From an uncultured Planctomycetales bacterium (GTDB lineage Bacteria; Omnitrophota; Gorgyraeia; Zapsychrales; Fredricksoniimonadaceae), in the NCBI GenBank assembly GCA_964583975.1, contig CAZOXU010000004.1, positions 6,100 to 70,099 on the forward strand: a stretch of DNA of 64,000 bases, read 5' to 3'. Within the stretch, counting starts at the first letter, position 1, and each line of letters opens with the position of its first letter. Under the pieces are notes generated by a model. That model was not told the DNA's origin. It saw nothing but the letters and a program-made list of their open reading frames with translations, and did not search any database. The translations under genes were made by a program, and so were the position numbers. Positions 21,418 through 32,340 of the stretch are shown piece after piece.

Positions 21418-23943
21418 CTAAAGTTTTCTGGCGATGGATTCTATATCGAAGGCTTCAATAATGTCACCAACTTGGATATTCGTAAAATTATTGAGTGTAA
21501 TACCGCATTCAAAATTCTCTGCTACTTCCTTCACGTCATCCTTAAAGCGTTTCAGTGAACTAATATGTCCCGTAAAAATAACTTCGCCATTACGCAAAAT
21601 GTCAATCTGGCTCTTAGATCGCACCTTACCTTTTTGAACATAGCATCCAGCTACTATTCCAGATTTACTAAGTTTAAAGACTTGGCGAATTTCTACCTTG
21701 CCTACAAAATGACGTTTTAATTTGGGAGCTAAAAGACCTTCTAATGCTTTTTTAATATCATCAACCGCATCATAGATTATGCGATATTTACGTACATCTA
21801 CAGGTGTGGTTTCTAATTCTTGTCGGGCCTTTGTATCTACAGCAACATTAAACGCTATGATAATGGCCTCAGAAGCCATTGCCAGCAAAACATCCGAAGA
21901 ATTAACATCTCCAACCCCCACATGCATGATGCGTAACTTTACTTCATTAGTAGGGATCTTATTCAGCGCCTCTTTAATAGCTTCTAAGGAGCCTTGGACG
22001 TCAGCTTTTATAAGAATCCTTAATTCTTTAATATTTCCAGCTTGGATTTGGGAATATAAATCCTCAAGCGATACTTTAGCGGTTGCTGCAAGACGTTCAT
22101 TTTTTAACTTTTCTTCACGGACCTTGGTGATTTCACGAGCTTTTCTTTCATCTTCCACTACATAGAAAATCTCACCAGCGGCCGGAACTTCAGACAAACC
22201 TAAAATTTCAACAGGGGTTGACGGACCAGCCTCTTTGATTGGACGCTTATGGTCATCAAAAAGCGCTTTAACCTTACCAAAATATGGCCCTACAACAACC
22301 ATATCACCTTCTTTAAGAGTTCCGCTTTGCACTAATAATGAAGCTACTGCTCCTTTACCTTTACTTAAATGGGCTTCAATAACAATTCCTTTTGAATTTT
22401 TATTAGGGTTTGCTTTTAATTCTAGAAGTTCGGATTCTAAAAGTATAAGTTCTAAGAAATTATCTATCCCTTCACCTGTTGTAGCAGAAACCCCAACAAC
22501 AACCGTTTTTCCACCCCAATCTTCAGGTGCTAAATCATATTCCATCAATTGTTTCTTTACGCGATCTGGATCAGCCGTTTTCTTATCTATTTTATTTAAT
22601 GCAACTACAATAGGAACCCCAGCTGCTTTAGCGTGATCAATAGCTTCCACAGTTTGAGGCATGATTCCTTCATCTGCAGCAACAACTAAGACCACAATAT
22701 CAGTAACATGAGCTCCTCGAGCACGCATGGCTGTAAATGCTTCATGGCCCGGGGTATCTAAAAATGTAATTTGTCCTTTAGGAATTTTGACAGAATAAGA
22801 ACCAATATGTTGGGTAATCCCTCCATGCTCCCCCTCTGCAACCTTTGCTGAACGAATACGATCCAACAAAGATGTTTTACCATGATCAACATGCCCCATA
22901 AAGGTAACAACCGGAGCCCTTGGTTTTAGCAATTTAGGATCTTCCGCCTCTTGAGTATGAACTTCAACAAGCTGTTCTTCTTGGGTCTTAACTTTAATTA
23001 AATTAAAACCAAAGAACTCAGCTAGTTTATGGACTATTTCTTCAGACAAATTCTGATTAATATTGGCAAAAATGCCCATTTCCAAAAGTTTTTTAAGAAC
23101 CACGTTGGTCTTTTGATTAATTCGAACAGCTAAAGCATTAACTGAAATTGGTAATGGAATTTCTATATCTTGTATAGGACCTTGTGGTGCTGGAGCTATA
23201 GCTGCATTGGAAATGGAAGATGATGGTTTGGCAGTAGATCGGATATGGGCACCAAAACCCTCTTCTGAACGACCACCTTTTCGTTTTTTAAGTAACGGTT
23301 TTACAGTTTCAAAAGGAGCATCAAAATATGGCTTTTTCTTGGCCGGATCAAAAGAAGCAACTTCTTTAGGTACTTCTATTTTAGAAATATCAATTGTAGG
23401 CTTAGCAATCTCAACAGGCTTCTTTTCCTGGGTTGGTGGAGTTTTGATAGGCTCAACTGGAGCAACCTTAACCTCTAGTACTTGTGGTTTCACTTCAGTC
23501 TTAGGTGCCACAACAGTCACAGGAGGAACTACTTTGGGAGCTTCAACAACACCTTTAGGAGCATCTTTTGGTTTAACTGCAGGTGGCGCACCCTCTTCCT
23601 TAAACAAAGCTGGAACAGGTTTTTTAACTACTTTTGCAGGTTTCTTTTCTTTGACAGATTTTTCAGGCTTTGCAGTCTTTGTCTTTTCCTCAGCGCTTTT
23701 CTTAGCTACAGTTTTCTTTTTTTCTGTAGTTTTAACTGCTTTAGCCTTAGTGGATTTCTTTTTAGGTTCTTCTTCTACAATGCGCTTACCAATTCCTTCA
23801 TCCGCCAAAGCATCACGGACAATCATTTCAACACCCATGGTCAAAACGCCACCATCTTTAGCTTTAAGCTTTAGACTTTTGAGCTTATCATCAATGCGTT
23901 TCTCGGTTATTTTTAATTCTTTGGCTAATTCAGCTATATTCAT
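21418..23943 (-). CDS. infB: translation initiation factor IF-2
   Basis: [13 protein letters not shown]-domain. The K/P/A/V-rich N-terminal region is typical of IF-2. Confidence 0.95.
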   Translation of the reverse strand: MNIAELAKELKITEKRIDDKLKSLKLKAKDGGVLTMGVEMIVRDALADEGIGKRIVEEEPKKKSTKAKAVKTTEKKKTVAKKSAEEKTKTAKPEKSVKEKKPAKVVKKPVPALFKEEGAPPAVKPKDAPKGVVEAPKVVPPVTVVAPKTEVKPQVLEVKVAPVEPIKTPPTQEKKPVEIAKPTIDISKIEVPKEVASFDPAKKKPYFDAPFETVKPLLKKRKGGRSEEGFGAHIRSTAKPSSSISNAAIAPAPQGPIQDIEIPLPISVNALAVRINQKTNVVLKKLLEMGIFANINQNLSEEIVHKLAEFFGFNLIKVKTQEEQLVEVHTQEAEDPKLLKPRAPVVTFMGHVDHGKTSLLDRIRSAKVAEGEHGGITQHIGSYSVKIPKGQITFLDTPGHEAFTAMRARGAHVTDIVVLVVAADEGIMPQTVEAIDHAKAAGVPIVVALNKIDKKTADPDRVKKQLMEYDLAPEDWGGKTVVVGVSATTGEGIDNFLELILLESELLELKANPNKNSKGIVIEAHLSKGKGAVASLLVQSGTLKEGDMVVVGPYFGKVKALFDDHKRPIKEAGPSTPVEILGLSEVPAAGEIFYVVEDERKAREITKVREEKLKNERLAATAKVSLEDLYSQIQAGNIKELRILIKADVQGSLEAIKEALNKIPTNEVKLRIMHVGVGDVNSSDVLLAMASEAIIIAFNVAVDTKARQELETTPVDVRKYRIIYDAVDDIKKALEGLLAPKLKRHFVGKVEIRQVFKLSKSGIVAGCYVQKGKVRSKSQIDILRNGEVIFTGHISSLKRFKDDVKEVAENFECGITLNNFTNIQVGDIIEAFDIESIARKL

Positions 23944-23969
23944 AAAAAAACTTTCTTATCTATAATTCA

Positions 23970-25058
23970 TTAACCTTCTTGATCTTCTTCTTTTGAATCC
24001 TCATCTGAGGGGGTTGTATCAGTTTTAGTAGCAGTCTCCTGGCTCGATTCTTTTACTTGCTGAGGATCAGAAGATTTCTGTTTTTCTTCCCATTGTTTGG
24101 CTGAATAAATATCTAATTCCCATCCTACTAATTTACTAGCTAGACGAACGTTCTGACCATATTTACCAATAGCTAAAGAAAGCTGATCTTCATCTACGAT
24201 GATATTCACACGCTTTTCTTCGCTAATTAATTGCATTTGAGATATTTCTGCAGGAGATAAAGCTGCTTGGATATATTCTTTGATATCGTCGGAATAACGA
24301 ACAATATCGATTTTCTCTCCATGGAGTTCAGTCACAATGTTTTTAACACGTGAACCACGCATACCTACACAGGCTCCTACGCAATCAATCTTTTCATCTT
24401 TTGAGTAAACAGCTATCTTGGTTCTTTCACCTGGTTCTCTAGCGATTGATTTAACCTCAATGATACCTTCGTAGATTTCAGGCACTTCTAATTCAAAAAG
24501 TCTTTTAACAAAATTGACATTCGTTCTTGATAGGATGATTTGTGGTCCACGAATATCGCGTCTAACTTCTAAAAGAAAAGCTCTAATTCGCTCTCCTTGA
24601 CGAAATTCTTCCTTGTTGGATTGTTCACTGCGAGGAATTAAGGCTTCTGACTTGCCTAAATCAATAATGATATTGCCTCTCTCAAAACGATAGACGGCCC
24701 CACTAATGATTTGTCCTAAACGGGCATTGTATTCTGTATAAACCACATCTTTTTCAGCTTCACGGATTTTTTGAATGACGACCTGTTTAGCTGTTTGAGC
24801 AGCAATGCGGCCAAATTCGCTTGAATGAATTTCTTCATCACCAGCCCAAGCTGTAATCTTTCCAGTTTTACGGTCTAAAACAACCTTGATATCTTCTTCT
24901 TTATCAACGGTCCAGATTTTACGAGCTGCAGAAGCGACTGCAGATTCAACAGCTTCAATAAGGGTGTCTTTACTTATACCCTTGTCTCGTTCTAATTGTT
25001 CTAAAATTGTAAGCAACTCATTATCCATGACTTCTTTACCCCTTTTCTTATGTTTCAA
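23970..25058 (-). CDS. nusA: transcription termination/antitermination factor NusA
   Basis: S1 and KH domains (GACVGMRGSRVKNI). The true start may be the internal MDNELL Met at 25028. Confidence 0.9.
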   Translation of the reverse strand: MKHKKRGKEVMDNELLTILEQLERDKGISKDTLIEAVESAVASAARKIWTVDKEEDIKVVLDRKTGKITAWAGDEEIHSSEFGRIAAQTAKQVVIQKIREAEKDVVYTEYNARLGQIISGAVYRFERGNIIIDLGKSEALIPRSEQSNKEEFRQGERIRAFLLEVRRDIRGPQIILSRTNVNFVKRLFELEVPEIYEGIIEVKSIAREPGERTKIAVYSKDEKIDCVGACVGMRGSRVKNIVTELHGEKIDIVRYSDDIKEYIQAALSPAEISQMQLISEEKRVNIIVDEDQLSLAIGKYGQNVRLASKLVGWELDIYSAKQWEEKQKSSDPQQVKESSQETATKTDTTPSDEDSKEEDQEG

Positions 25059-25074
25059 CCATTAATGCTTAAAC

Positions 25075-25545
25075 TTAAATCACCAACAAACCTTTTAAAA
25101 CTTTTTCTATGGGAACCAGGACTTCCTTGTGATCTTTTGTTGTCGTCGATAAGACTAAATTCTCTTTAGTCACTTCTTTAATAATCCCTTTATATTCACT
25201 TTTATTCTCAACCTTTTCTTTAAGCCAAAGCATAATCTCATTATTAACATTTCTTAAAAAATCCTTATAATTCACTAAAGGCCTGTCTAAACCCGGAGAA
25301 GAGACTTCTAAAGAGTAACCATCTTCACTTAAAAAGCCCTCTTTGTCAATCATTTCGACGATAGAACGGTTTAAAAAGGCACATTCTTCTAAAACAATAC
25401 CACCATTCAATTTATCTGCCAAAACCTGAATTAAGAGGTCTTTATTATGCCTTGCGATCTTCAACTCAACTAAATCAAAGCCTTTCGATTGGCTTACAGC
25501 AGATATAGTTTCATATATTTTCTGTTCTTGCTCCTGCTGACTCAT
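25075..25545 (-). CDS. rimP: ribosome maturation factor RimP
   Basis: Conserved rimP-nusA-infB order and RimP-like size. Confidence 0.75.
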   Translation of the reverse strand: MSQQEQEQKIYETISAVSQSKGFDLVELKIARHNKDLLIQVLADKLNGGIVLEECAFLNRSIVEMIDKEGFLSEDGYSLEVSSPGLDRPLVNYKDFLRNVNNEIMLWLKEKVENKSEYKGIIKEVTKENLVLSTTTKDHKEVLVPIEKVLKGLLVI

Positions 25546-26783
25546 CCACGAACCCTCTTTAAGAGCTCATCGACCAATGCATCTTTAGAGACTGCTTGCA
25601 TCTGACCTGTTCGTCTATCTTTGATTTCAACCTGATCTTGAGCTAACATTCTTTTACCAATAATAATCCTATAGGGAATACCTATCAGATCTGCATCATT
25701 AAATTTACGTCCAGCAGATTCATCTCGATCATCAACCAAAACATCAACACCCTTAGATTTTAATTCTTGATAATACCGATTGGCCAATTCCATCGATGGC
25801 GTATCAGAGGCTTGGACCGGAAGAATCTCAACATCAAAAGGAGCAACTTCTTTAGGCCAAACAATTCCCGCCTTATCTGAATTTAATTCAATAATAGCAG
25901 CAATCAGACGACTTACTCCGATACCATAACAACCCATGATAATAGGTTTTTGCTTTCCATCTTCATCTAAAAATACTGCACCTAACGATTCACTATATTT
26001 AGTGCCTAGCTGAAAGATGTGTCCTAATTCTATGCAAATCTTCTTTTGCCAGGAACCAGGTTTCTGTGGAGCCGAATCGTTTTCATCTTTAATAATTTCT
26101 CCGCTTTGCTCATTAACCCAAATGACATCTTCACCAATAGGAGCTGAAACTAGAAATTCGTGCGATAAACTTCCACCCATTGCTCCGCTATCTGCAGCTA
26201 CTACAATAGGATCTAAACCACATCGCTTAAAGATTTTGACATAGGCTTTTAACTGAAGGTCATAGTTCTTTTTTAATCCTTCTACATCGCGATCAAAACT
26301 ATACGCATCCTTCATAATAAATTCGGAAGCCCGAACAATACCAAAACGAGTTCTCGTTTCATCTCGAAATTTAGTTTGGATTTGATAGAGAGTGACCGGC
26401 AATTGACGATAACTTTGAATAAAATCTTTGGCAATAGTTGTAATAATCTCTTCATGAGTAGGCCCTAAACACATTTTTTGGCCTTTTTTATTATCAAAAG
26501 TAATCATCACATCTTTTAAGGTTTGATCTCGGCCCGTTTTCTTCCAAACTTCAATCGGATGTAATGATGGCAATAGCAATTCACAGCAACCGATAGCATC
26601 CATTTCTTCCCTAATGATATTCTCTACCTTTCGTAGCGCCCTATATCCCACAGGTAAATATGAATAAACCCCTGAAGTTAGCATATGTACCAAAGAAGCA
26701 CGCAAAGATAACTGATGACTGAGAGCTTCAGCTCCTATTGGAATTTCTTTTAATGTTGGAATAAAAAATTTTGACCAATACAT
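25542..26783 (-). CDS. proS: prolyl-tRNA synthetase, short bacterial type lacking the INS editing domain
   Basis: N-terminal FIPTLKE...SHQLSLRAS and class II motifs, with a C-terminal anticodon-binding domain. Only 413 aa. Confidence 0.85.
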   Translation of the reverse strand: MYWSKFFIPTLKEIPIGAEALSHQLSLRASLVHMLTSGVYSYLPVGYRALRKVENIIREEMDAIGCCELLLPSLHPIEVWKKTGRDQTLKDVMITFDNKKGQKMCLGPTHEEIITTIAKDFIQSYRQLPVTLYQIQTKFRDETRTRFGIVRASEFIMKDAYSFDRDVEGLKKNYDLQLKAYVKIFKRCGLDPIVVAADSGAMGGSLSHEFLVSAPIGEDVIWVNEQSGEIIKDENDSAPQKPGSWQKKICIELGHIFQLGTKYSESLGAVFLDEDGKQKPIIMGCYGIGVSRLIAAIIELNSDKAGIVWPKEVAPFDVEILPVQASDTPSMELANRYYQELKSKGVDVLVDDRDESAGRKFNDADLIGIPYRIIIGKRMLAQDQVEIKDRRTGQMQAVSKDALVDELLKRVRG

Positions 26784-26794
26784 ATATTTAGTTT

Positions 26795-28066
26795 CTATTT
26801 ACCAAAAAAGCCCGGCAATGCGATGTTGCGTTTAACAAATTTATGATAACAAGATGGTTCTTTATTTGCCATGGTCCAATCCCCCACCACAGCCCCATTC
26901 TCAATACCCTTTTGTTTAAAAGTAAAAATATCTTCTAATGTAATTTGCTTAGTATTCTTATCAAATTTCATATCAGTAATATTAACTACTCTGCGCACAC
27001 CATCTAGAAAAAGTTCAACATAAACAATCAAATCAATAGACGTTGCAATTTGTTGTTGGATCTGCTCACCCGTTAAACGAATACCAGACATCAGCATCAT
27101 GGTAATCATACGGTTAAAACATTCTTCAGGAGAATCGGCATGGATAATGGCTAAAGCTCCCGAATGCCCCGAAGATATAGATTGAATTAAATCAAGGATT
27201 TCATGACCTCTAACTTCCCCAATAATCAACCGATCTGGCCTCATCCGTAGAGAATTAATAAACAAATCGCGTATGCTTACTTCTCCCTTTCCTTCAATAT
27301 TAGGCCCCTTGGCTTGCAAGGCAACCACATGCTCTTGCATCAATCTTAATTCTGCAGTATCTTCAATTGTAATAATGCGTTCATGTTCAGGAATATGTCG
27401 AGAAAGAACGTTCAGCAAGGTTGTCTTACCACAACCCGTTGAACCACAAAAAACTATATTTAATTTGGCCTTAATCGCTGCTGTTAAAAAAGCTGCCATC
27501 TGTTTATTTAAAGATTTCTTTTCAATTAAATCATCAAGAGTTGTCAAGTCTCTTGAAAACTTACGGATTGTGACAATAGGACCATTCAAAGACAATGGTG
27601 GCAAAATAACATTGGCCCGTGAACCATCAGGCAAAGAAAAATCCACATAAGGTGAAGATTCATCGACTCTACGGCTAGAGCCAGAAGTAGCTAATACTTT
27701 TTGAACTGTATGAATTAAAGCCGCATTATCCGCAAAAGTAATATTGGTCTTTTCTATACGTCCCTGACGTTGAACATAAATTGTTTTGGCTCCATTAATC
27801 ATGATTTCAGTGATGGTTGGATCTTCAACCAATGGACGTATGGGGCCAAGACTGGTAATAGCACCAACTAATTCCCTTATAATTGCTGTACGATCTTCCA
27901 TCGTAACCACCAATTTAGTTTCTACACAAAGATTAGTGATGGATTGATCAACAAAAACTCTTAATTGATCTTCACTAAGAGTATCTTTGACTTGCAAAAA
28001 ATTCGTTTTAGAAATCAAATAATGATGAATCCTAGATTTAATTTCTTTATGTTCGAATGATTGCAT
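26795..28066 (-). CDS. CpaF/TadA-family secretion ATPase (VirB11 superfamily)
   Basis: CGSTGCGKTTLLNVL Walker A. IIGEVRGHEILDLIQSISSGHSGALAIIHADSP is characteristic of CpaF. Confidence 0.75.
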   Translation of the reverse strand: MQSFEHKEIKSRIHHYLISKTNFLQVKDTLSEDQLRVFVDQSITNLCVETKLVVTMEDRTAIIRELVGAITSLGPIRPLVEDPTITEIMINGAKTIYVQRQGRIEKTNITFADNAALIHTVQKVLATSGSSRRVDESSPYVDFSLPDGSRANVILPPLSLNGPIVTIRKFSRDLTTLDDLIEKKSLNKQMAAFLTAAIKAKLNIVFCGSTGCGKTTLLNVLSRHIPEHERIITIEDTAELRLMQEHVVALQAKGPNIEGKGEVSIRDLFINSLRMRPDRLIIGEVRGHEILDLIQSISSGHSGALAIIHADSPEECFNRMITMMLMSGIRLTGEQIQQQIATSIDLIVYVELFLDGVRRVVNITDMKFDKNTKQITLEDIFTFKQKGIENGAVVGDWTMANKEPSCYHKFVKRNIALPGFFGK

Positions 28067-28070
28067 ATTT

Positions 28071-29183
28071 TTATCCTTTAAAAAGTTTTATAAAATGATC
28101 GATTAAACCTATGCGTTCAAAATCCACATAAAAAACAAATAAAGCAAGGGCAATGATTAAGGAAATTCCTACTTTTGCAATAAATTCATCTACCTTTTGT
28201 GATAAAGCTTTGCCTCTTAACTTCTCAATTAAAAACATCAATAGATGACCTCCATCCAAAGGAATGATGGGTAAAAGATTAAACAAGGCCAATGAAGCAC
28301 TAATAACACCAACAATGTTTAATAAAAAAGAGAAACTTATACTAAGAGCAAACTTAATAACCACAAACATTCCCACTATACCCATAGCTTCTTTAGGAGA
28401 ACGAAGACCGATGAGCATTTCGTATAATGCTACATAGGTTTTAACAGAAATATCACCTAATTCTAACGCTGCCTGCTTTAAAGAAGCAATGGGACCATAA
28501 CGAGTAATAACAAAATCTTTTGAATCTTGTATTTTTAAAGGAGCTACTCCAATTTTCCTGGTTTTATGCTCACGACCAAATATATCTTTTTGTGCATCCT
28601 CTTGAGGAGTAATGTTTAATGATTCTTGGTTTCCTTTTCTTTCGATTACAAAGTGTAATTGAGACGTTTGAGATTGGGACACATAATCTTGCAGATCGGG
28701 CCAATGCTTCACTAGTTTTTCATTAATAGTAATTACTTTATCACCCGCCTGTAATCCTCCCTTTTGAGCTGGAGAATTAGCCATGACCTGTCCTACGACT
28801 GCTGGAACCCTTTTTGCTGTAGCATCCAAATCGACTTTACCCAACATAAATACGCCCCAAAAACAAAAATAGGCAAAGACCAAATTGACTACAGGCCCCA
28901 TCACAACGATCAAAAACTTATTTAAAACAGGCTGGGAAAGAAACTCTTCTTTGGATCCAGTGACTCGGGAGCGCTCATCCCCTGCCATTTTGACATAACC
29001 ACCTAAAGGAATAAGGCATAAGCAGAATTCTGTGCCTTGCCAAAATTTGCTCCATAATTTAGGTCCAAATCCTAAAGCAAATTGCTCTACTTTAACACCG
29101 CATTTCTTGGCAGTGATAAAATGACCCCACTCGTGAACAAGAATAAGAATCGAAAGTATGATTAAAAAGACAATTAATGTCAT
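28071..29183 (-). CDS. rseP: RIP zinc metalloprotease RseP (site-2 protease)
   Basis: HEWGHF HExxH in TM1, a PDZ region and LDGG. Confidence 0.85.
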   Translation of the reverse strand: MTLIVFLIILSILILVHEWGHFITAKKCGVKVEQFALGFGPKLWSKFWQGTEFCLCLIPLGGYVKMAGDERSRVTGSKEEFLSQPVLNKFLIVVMGPVVNLVFAYFCFWGVFMLGKVDLDATAKRVPAVVGQVMANSPAQKGGLQAGDKVITINEKLVKHWPDLQDYVSQSQTSQLHFVIERKGNQESLNITPQEDAQKDIFGREHKTRKIGVAPLKIQDSKDFVITRYGPIASLKQAALELGDISVKTYVALYEMLIGLRSPKEAMGIVGMFVVIKFALSISFSFLLNIVGVISASLALFNLLPIIPLDGGHLLMFLIEKLRGKALSQKVDEFIAKVGISLIIALALFVFYVDFERIGLIDHFIKLFKG

Positions 29184-30325
29184 AAGATTGTTTTTACCTC
29201 TTCTCTAGCCCATTGATCTGCAGCATAGATGTCCTTTAATGACGGATTTTTATATATTTTATGACGACGTACAACTTTTTCAACCACTTTAAAAATTGAA
29301 TTAAAACCGATCCTTCCTTCTAAAAACGCCTCCACCACTTCTTCATCTGCAGCATTTAAAACACAAGGTAATGTCCCGCCTTTATGGGCCACATTCAAAG
29401 CTAATTCCAAAGCTGGAAACTTCTTCCAATTAGGAGACTCAAAAGTTAAAAATTTAATCTCAGTTAAATCTAATGCTTTTAATCCTGTTTCTAAACGATC
29501 GGGATATGTTAAGGCATATTGAATAGGTAGCCGCATATCGGTAATAGCAAGCTGAGCTAAAAAAGAACCATCGCTAAATTCTACCATCGAATGAACAATA
29601 GCTTCTGGATGAATTAAAATATTAATTTGATCAAACGATAAACCAAAAAGTCTCTGGGCTTCAATAAACTCAAATCCCTTATTCATAAGTGTAGCTGAAT
29701 CGACCGTAATCTTAGGTCCCATTTGCCAACGTGGATGTTTTAAAATATCTTTAACCGTCATTTTTGAGAAATTCTTATAAGGAATATTCTTGAGTGGACC
29801 GCCCGAAGCTGTTAAGTGTACTTTTTTCACAGCAACCTGTTGCCCATTAAGACATTGAAAAATTGCGCTTTGCTCACTGTCAATGGGAATAATTTCTGCT
29901 TTATATTTTCGAGCCTCCTTAATGATTATGTCCCCAGCCATAACAAGAGCTTCTTTATTAGCTGGCGCCACTCTTTTAGCACATCTAACCGCTTTTAAAA
30001 AAGGAGCCAGGGCCCCTGCTCCTCGCATGGCTAAAACCACCGTATCTACTTCTTTTAATCCTGCCAAGTGCTCTACTTCTTTTTCAACGTCAAAGAACTT
30101 TATTTTCAAAGAACTAAAATCTTTTTCTAAAGCAGCTAAGAATTTAGAATGGACCGCAACATAACTAGGCTTATATATAGCGATCTGTTGTTTTAACAAA
30201 CCTACATTACTATAGGCGCTTAACGCTAAAACTTTGAAACGATTCGGGTATTGATCAACAACTTTTAAGGTGTTAACCCCAATGGATCCTGTTGATCCTA
30301 AAATAGCCAAATTTTGCTTCGTCAT
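29180..30325 (-). CDS. dxr: 1-deoxy-D-xylulose 5-phosphate reductoisomerase
   Basis: LAILGSTGSIG N-terminus and DXR domains. Confidence 0.9.
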   Translation of the reverse strand: MTKQNLAILGSTGSIGVNTLKVVDQYPNRFKVLALSAYSNVGLLKQQIAIYKPSYVAVHSKFLAALEKDFSSLKIKFFDVEKEVEHLAGLKEVDTVVLAMRGAGALAPFLKAVRCAKRVAPANKEALVMAGDIIIKEARKYKAEIIPIDSEQSAIFQCLNGQQVAVKKVHLTASGGPLKNIPYKNFSKMTVKDILKHPRWQMGPKITVDSATLMNKGFEFIEAQRLFGLSFDQINILIHPEAIVHSMVEFSDGSFLAQLAITDMRLPIQYALTYPDRLETGLKALDLTEIKFLTFESPNWKKFPALELALNVAHKGGTLPCVLNAADEEVVEAFLEGRIGFNSIFKVVEKVVRRHKIYKNPSLKDIYAADQWAREEVKTIL

Positions 30326-30331
30326 AAAATA

Positions 30332-31156
30332 TTATTGCAACGATTTCAATGTTGAACTCATGTACAAATAAAAAGCTGGGGCTGAGAATAAAAGGCTATC
30401 AATCATATCTAGAACACCCCCTAAACCTGGCAGAAGCTTTCCAGAATCTTTAACTCCGCAATCACGCTTAATCAATGATTCTGACAGATCTCCCAATTGT
30501 CCCAAAGCCCCAAAAAACATACCCATTAAAGCAATTTGCCACAGTGGAAAATGGATTTCCGCAGGCAAAAACGAACGAAAAATAACGGCAATCAAAGAAC
30601 TAAAAATAAGACTTCCAAGCGTACCTTCTATGGATTTATTTGGACTAACTTTAGGCATTAAAGGATGTTTGCCAAACTTTGACCCTATAATCAAGCCCCC
30701 TATATCAGCGCCTTTAGTGACTAAAATAATAAACGCTAATAATTTAACTCCATCCATTCCTGGCAACATTAATCGAATTTTGACTAAAAAGCTGAAAAAC
30801 CAGGACACATAAAGAACGCCAAAAAGTGTCGTTGAGAGGCCTAGGATTGCATTACGATTGTCCTGACGAGCAAATTGCATAAATAGAATCAGCAACAAAC
30901 CAATAACAATAAAAAGCAATTCCCAGTTCTTTGTTAAAGCAAAACGTGTAAAACTTGAAATAGGTATTAACAGTCCGATTAAAATACCTACATAGCTATA
31001 GATGGGAACATCCTTCTTTTTAACCATATAGAAGAACTCATACAACCCACCTGCTGTTAAAAAACAAATTAACAAGATAAAACAAACATTATTAATCACA
31101 GCCAAGGCTGTAATTAAACTCATAAATAATGCCGAATATATCCGTTGAGATGACAT
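30332..31156 (-). CDS. cdsA: phosphatidate cytidylyltransferase
   Basis: CTP_transf_1 C-terminal motif (GDLSESLIKRDCGVKDSG). Confidence 0.8.
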   Translation of the reverse strand: MSSQRIYSALFMSLITALAVINNVCFILLICFLTAGGLYEFFYMVKKKDVPIYSYVGILIGLLIPISSFTRFALTKNWELLFIVIGLLLILFMQFARQDNRNAILGLSTTLFGVLYVSWFFSFLVKIRLMLPGMDGVKLLAFIILVTKGADIGGLIIGSKFGKHPLMPKVSPNKSIEGTLGSLIFSSLIAVIFRSFLPAEIHFPLWQIALMGMFFGALGQLGDLSESLIKRDCGVKDSGKLLPGLGGVLDMIDSLLFSAPAFYLYMSSTLKSLQ

Positions 31157-31163
31157 AATCTTC

Positions 31164-31874
31164 CTAATTCTTTACACCGCCGTATCGACGTTCTCTGCTC
31201 ACAAACTCTTTTAATGCTTTATGGAATTCAGCAACTGTAAACTCAGGCCAATATTTAGTTGTAAAATAAAATTCAGCGTACGAAATTTGCCAAAGCAAGA
31301 AATTACTAATCCTTTGTTCACCCGAAGTGCGTATCAAAAGATCCACTTCCGACTGATCTTTAGTATACAAATAGTGGGAAAATTTCTCTTCATTTAGATC
31401 TTGAATATTCAATCTATTTTGACTACTATCATGACAAATATTTTTAATAGCATCAATAATTTCAGCTCTCGCCCCATAATTAAAAGCTATATTTAAAACC
31501 ATTCCTTGATTGTCTTTAGTTAAGTTGCTTGCTTGGTCAAAAGTCTTAAGAACGCCTGAAGGAACACCTTGTCTTCGACCTATAAATTGAATTTTGACTC
31601 CCTTGTGATGAAGAGTTTTAGATTTTTGGCCTAAGACCTTAATCAAGGTACGCATTAATAAAGAAACTTCATCTTGGGGTCTACTCCAATTCTCCGTAGA
31701 AAAGGCATACAGGCTTAAAACTTTAATGCCACAATTAGAGGCTTCTAAAATTATTTCTTCAACTCTTTTAACGCCTTCTAGGTGTCCTTGTGAACGGCTT
31801 AGATGATGAGCTTTAGCCCATCGACCATTGCCATCCATAATAATTGCTACATGTGCAGGTAATTTTGTCTCCAT
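31164..31874 (-). CDS. uppS: undecaprenyl pyrophosphate synthase
   Basis: HVAIIMDGNGRWA and SxENW motifs. Confidence 0.9.
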   Translation of the reverse strand: METKLPAHVAIIMDGNGRWAKAHHLSRSQGHLEGVKRVEEIILEASNCGIKVLSLYAFSTENWSRPQDEVSLLMRTLIKVLGQKSKTLHHKGVKIQFIGRRQGVPSGVLKTFDQASNLTKDNQGMVLNIAFNYGARAEIIDAIKNICHDSSQNRLNIQDLNEEKFSHYLYTKDQSEVDLLIRTSGEQRISNFLLWQISYAEFYFTTKYWPEFTVAEFHKALKEFVSRERRYGGVKN

Positions 31875-31903
31875 AAATAAAATGGGGGATTAACATCCCC
31901 CAT
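31875..31903 (-). terminator. hairpin atgggggattaacatcccccat followed by a T-rich run (U-rich on both strands)
   Basis: 8-bp GC-rich stem. On the minus strand it follows the 31934 gene and directly abuts the uppS ATG. Confidence 0.45.
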
Positions 31904-31933
31904 CCTTTTTACAACGCTTTTCTTCAATCGAAG

Positions 31934-32338
31934 TTACTTTGCTGGTTCTACAGGAACGACAACAGTATTATTTGTTACTTGTTGAGCTTCAGCAACAGAA
32001 GCCGCATTTTGCTCAGCAGTTATTTTTAATTTATTTTGTAAATCGGTTCTAATTTTACTAAGCGCATCATATTGCTTCTTTAAATCTACATTAATACTTT
32101 TTTCTTGTTCAATTAAAGATTGAACCTTTGCCATTTTGTCATTAGCTGTTTTTAATTGAGCTTCTAATGTTGCTAGTTTGGCAGCATTTTTCTGTAAACT
32201 TTCTTCGGCCACCATGCGGCTATAACGTTCTTCTTCATAGCTTTTAGTATATTTACTGGCTTTTTGATAAAAACTAACAGCCATGACTAAAAACGCTACC
32301 GCAACCAACGATACAACAACTAAAAAAATATTCTTCAT
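31934..32338 (-). CDS. membrane-anchored coiled-coil protein of unknown function
   Basis: One N-terminal TM helix followed by about 100 aa of heptad-rich coiled coil. Confidence 0.4.
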   Translation of the reverse strand: MKNIFLVVVSLVAVAFLVMAVSFYQKASKYTKSYEEERYSRMVAEESLQKNAAKLATLEAQLKTANDKMAKVQSLIEQEKSINVDLKKQYDALSKIRTDLQNKLKITAEQNAASVAEAQQVTNNTVVVPVEPAK

Positions 32339-32340
32339 TT

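Noticed and set aside
23400-23800. Repetitive-looking segment that could suggest a tandem repeat or CRISPR-like array
   Set aside because: It encodes the Lys/Pro/Ala/Val-rich N-terminal linker of IF-2 and shows no regular repeat-spacer periodicity. It is protein low complexity, not a CRISPR.
23207-23965. 252-aa plus-strand ORF rich in G/S/T/A
   Set aside because: It lies entirely antisense to infB, within the low-complexity K/P/A-rich N-terminal coding region of IF-2. It is a compositional artefact of reading the complement of a biased region.
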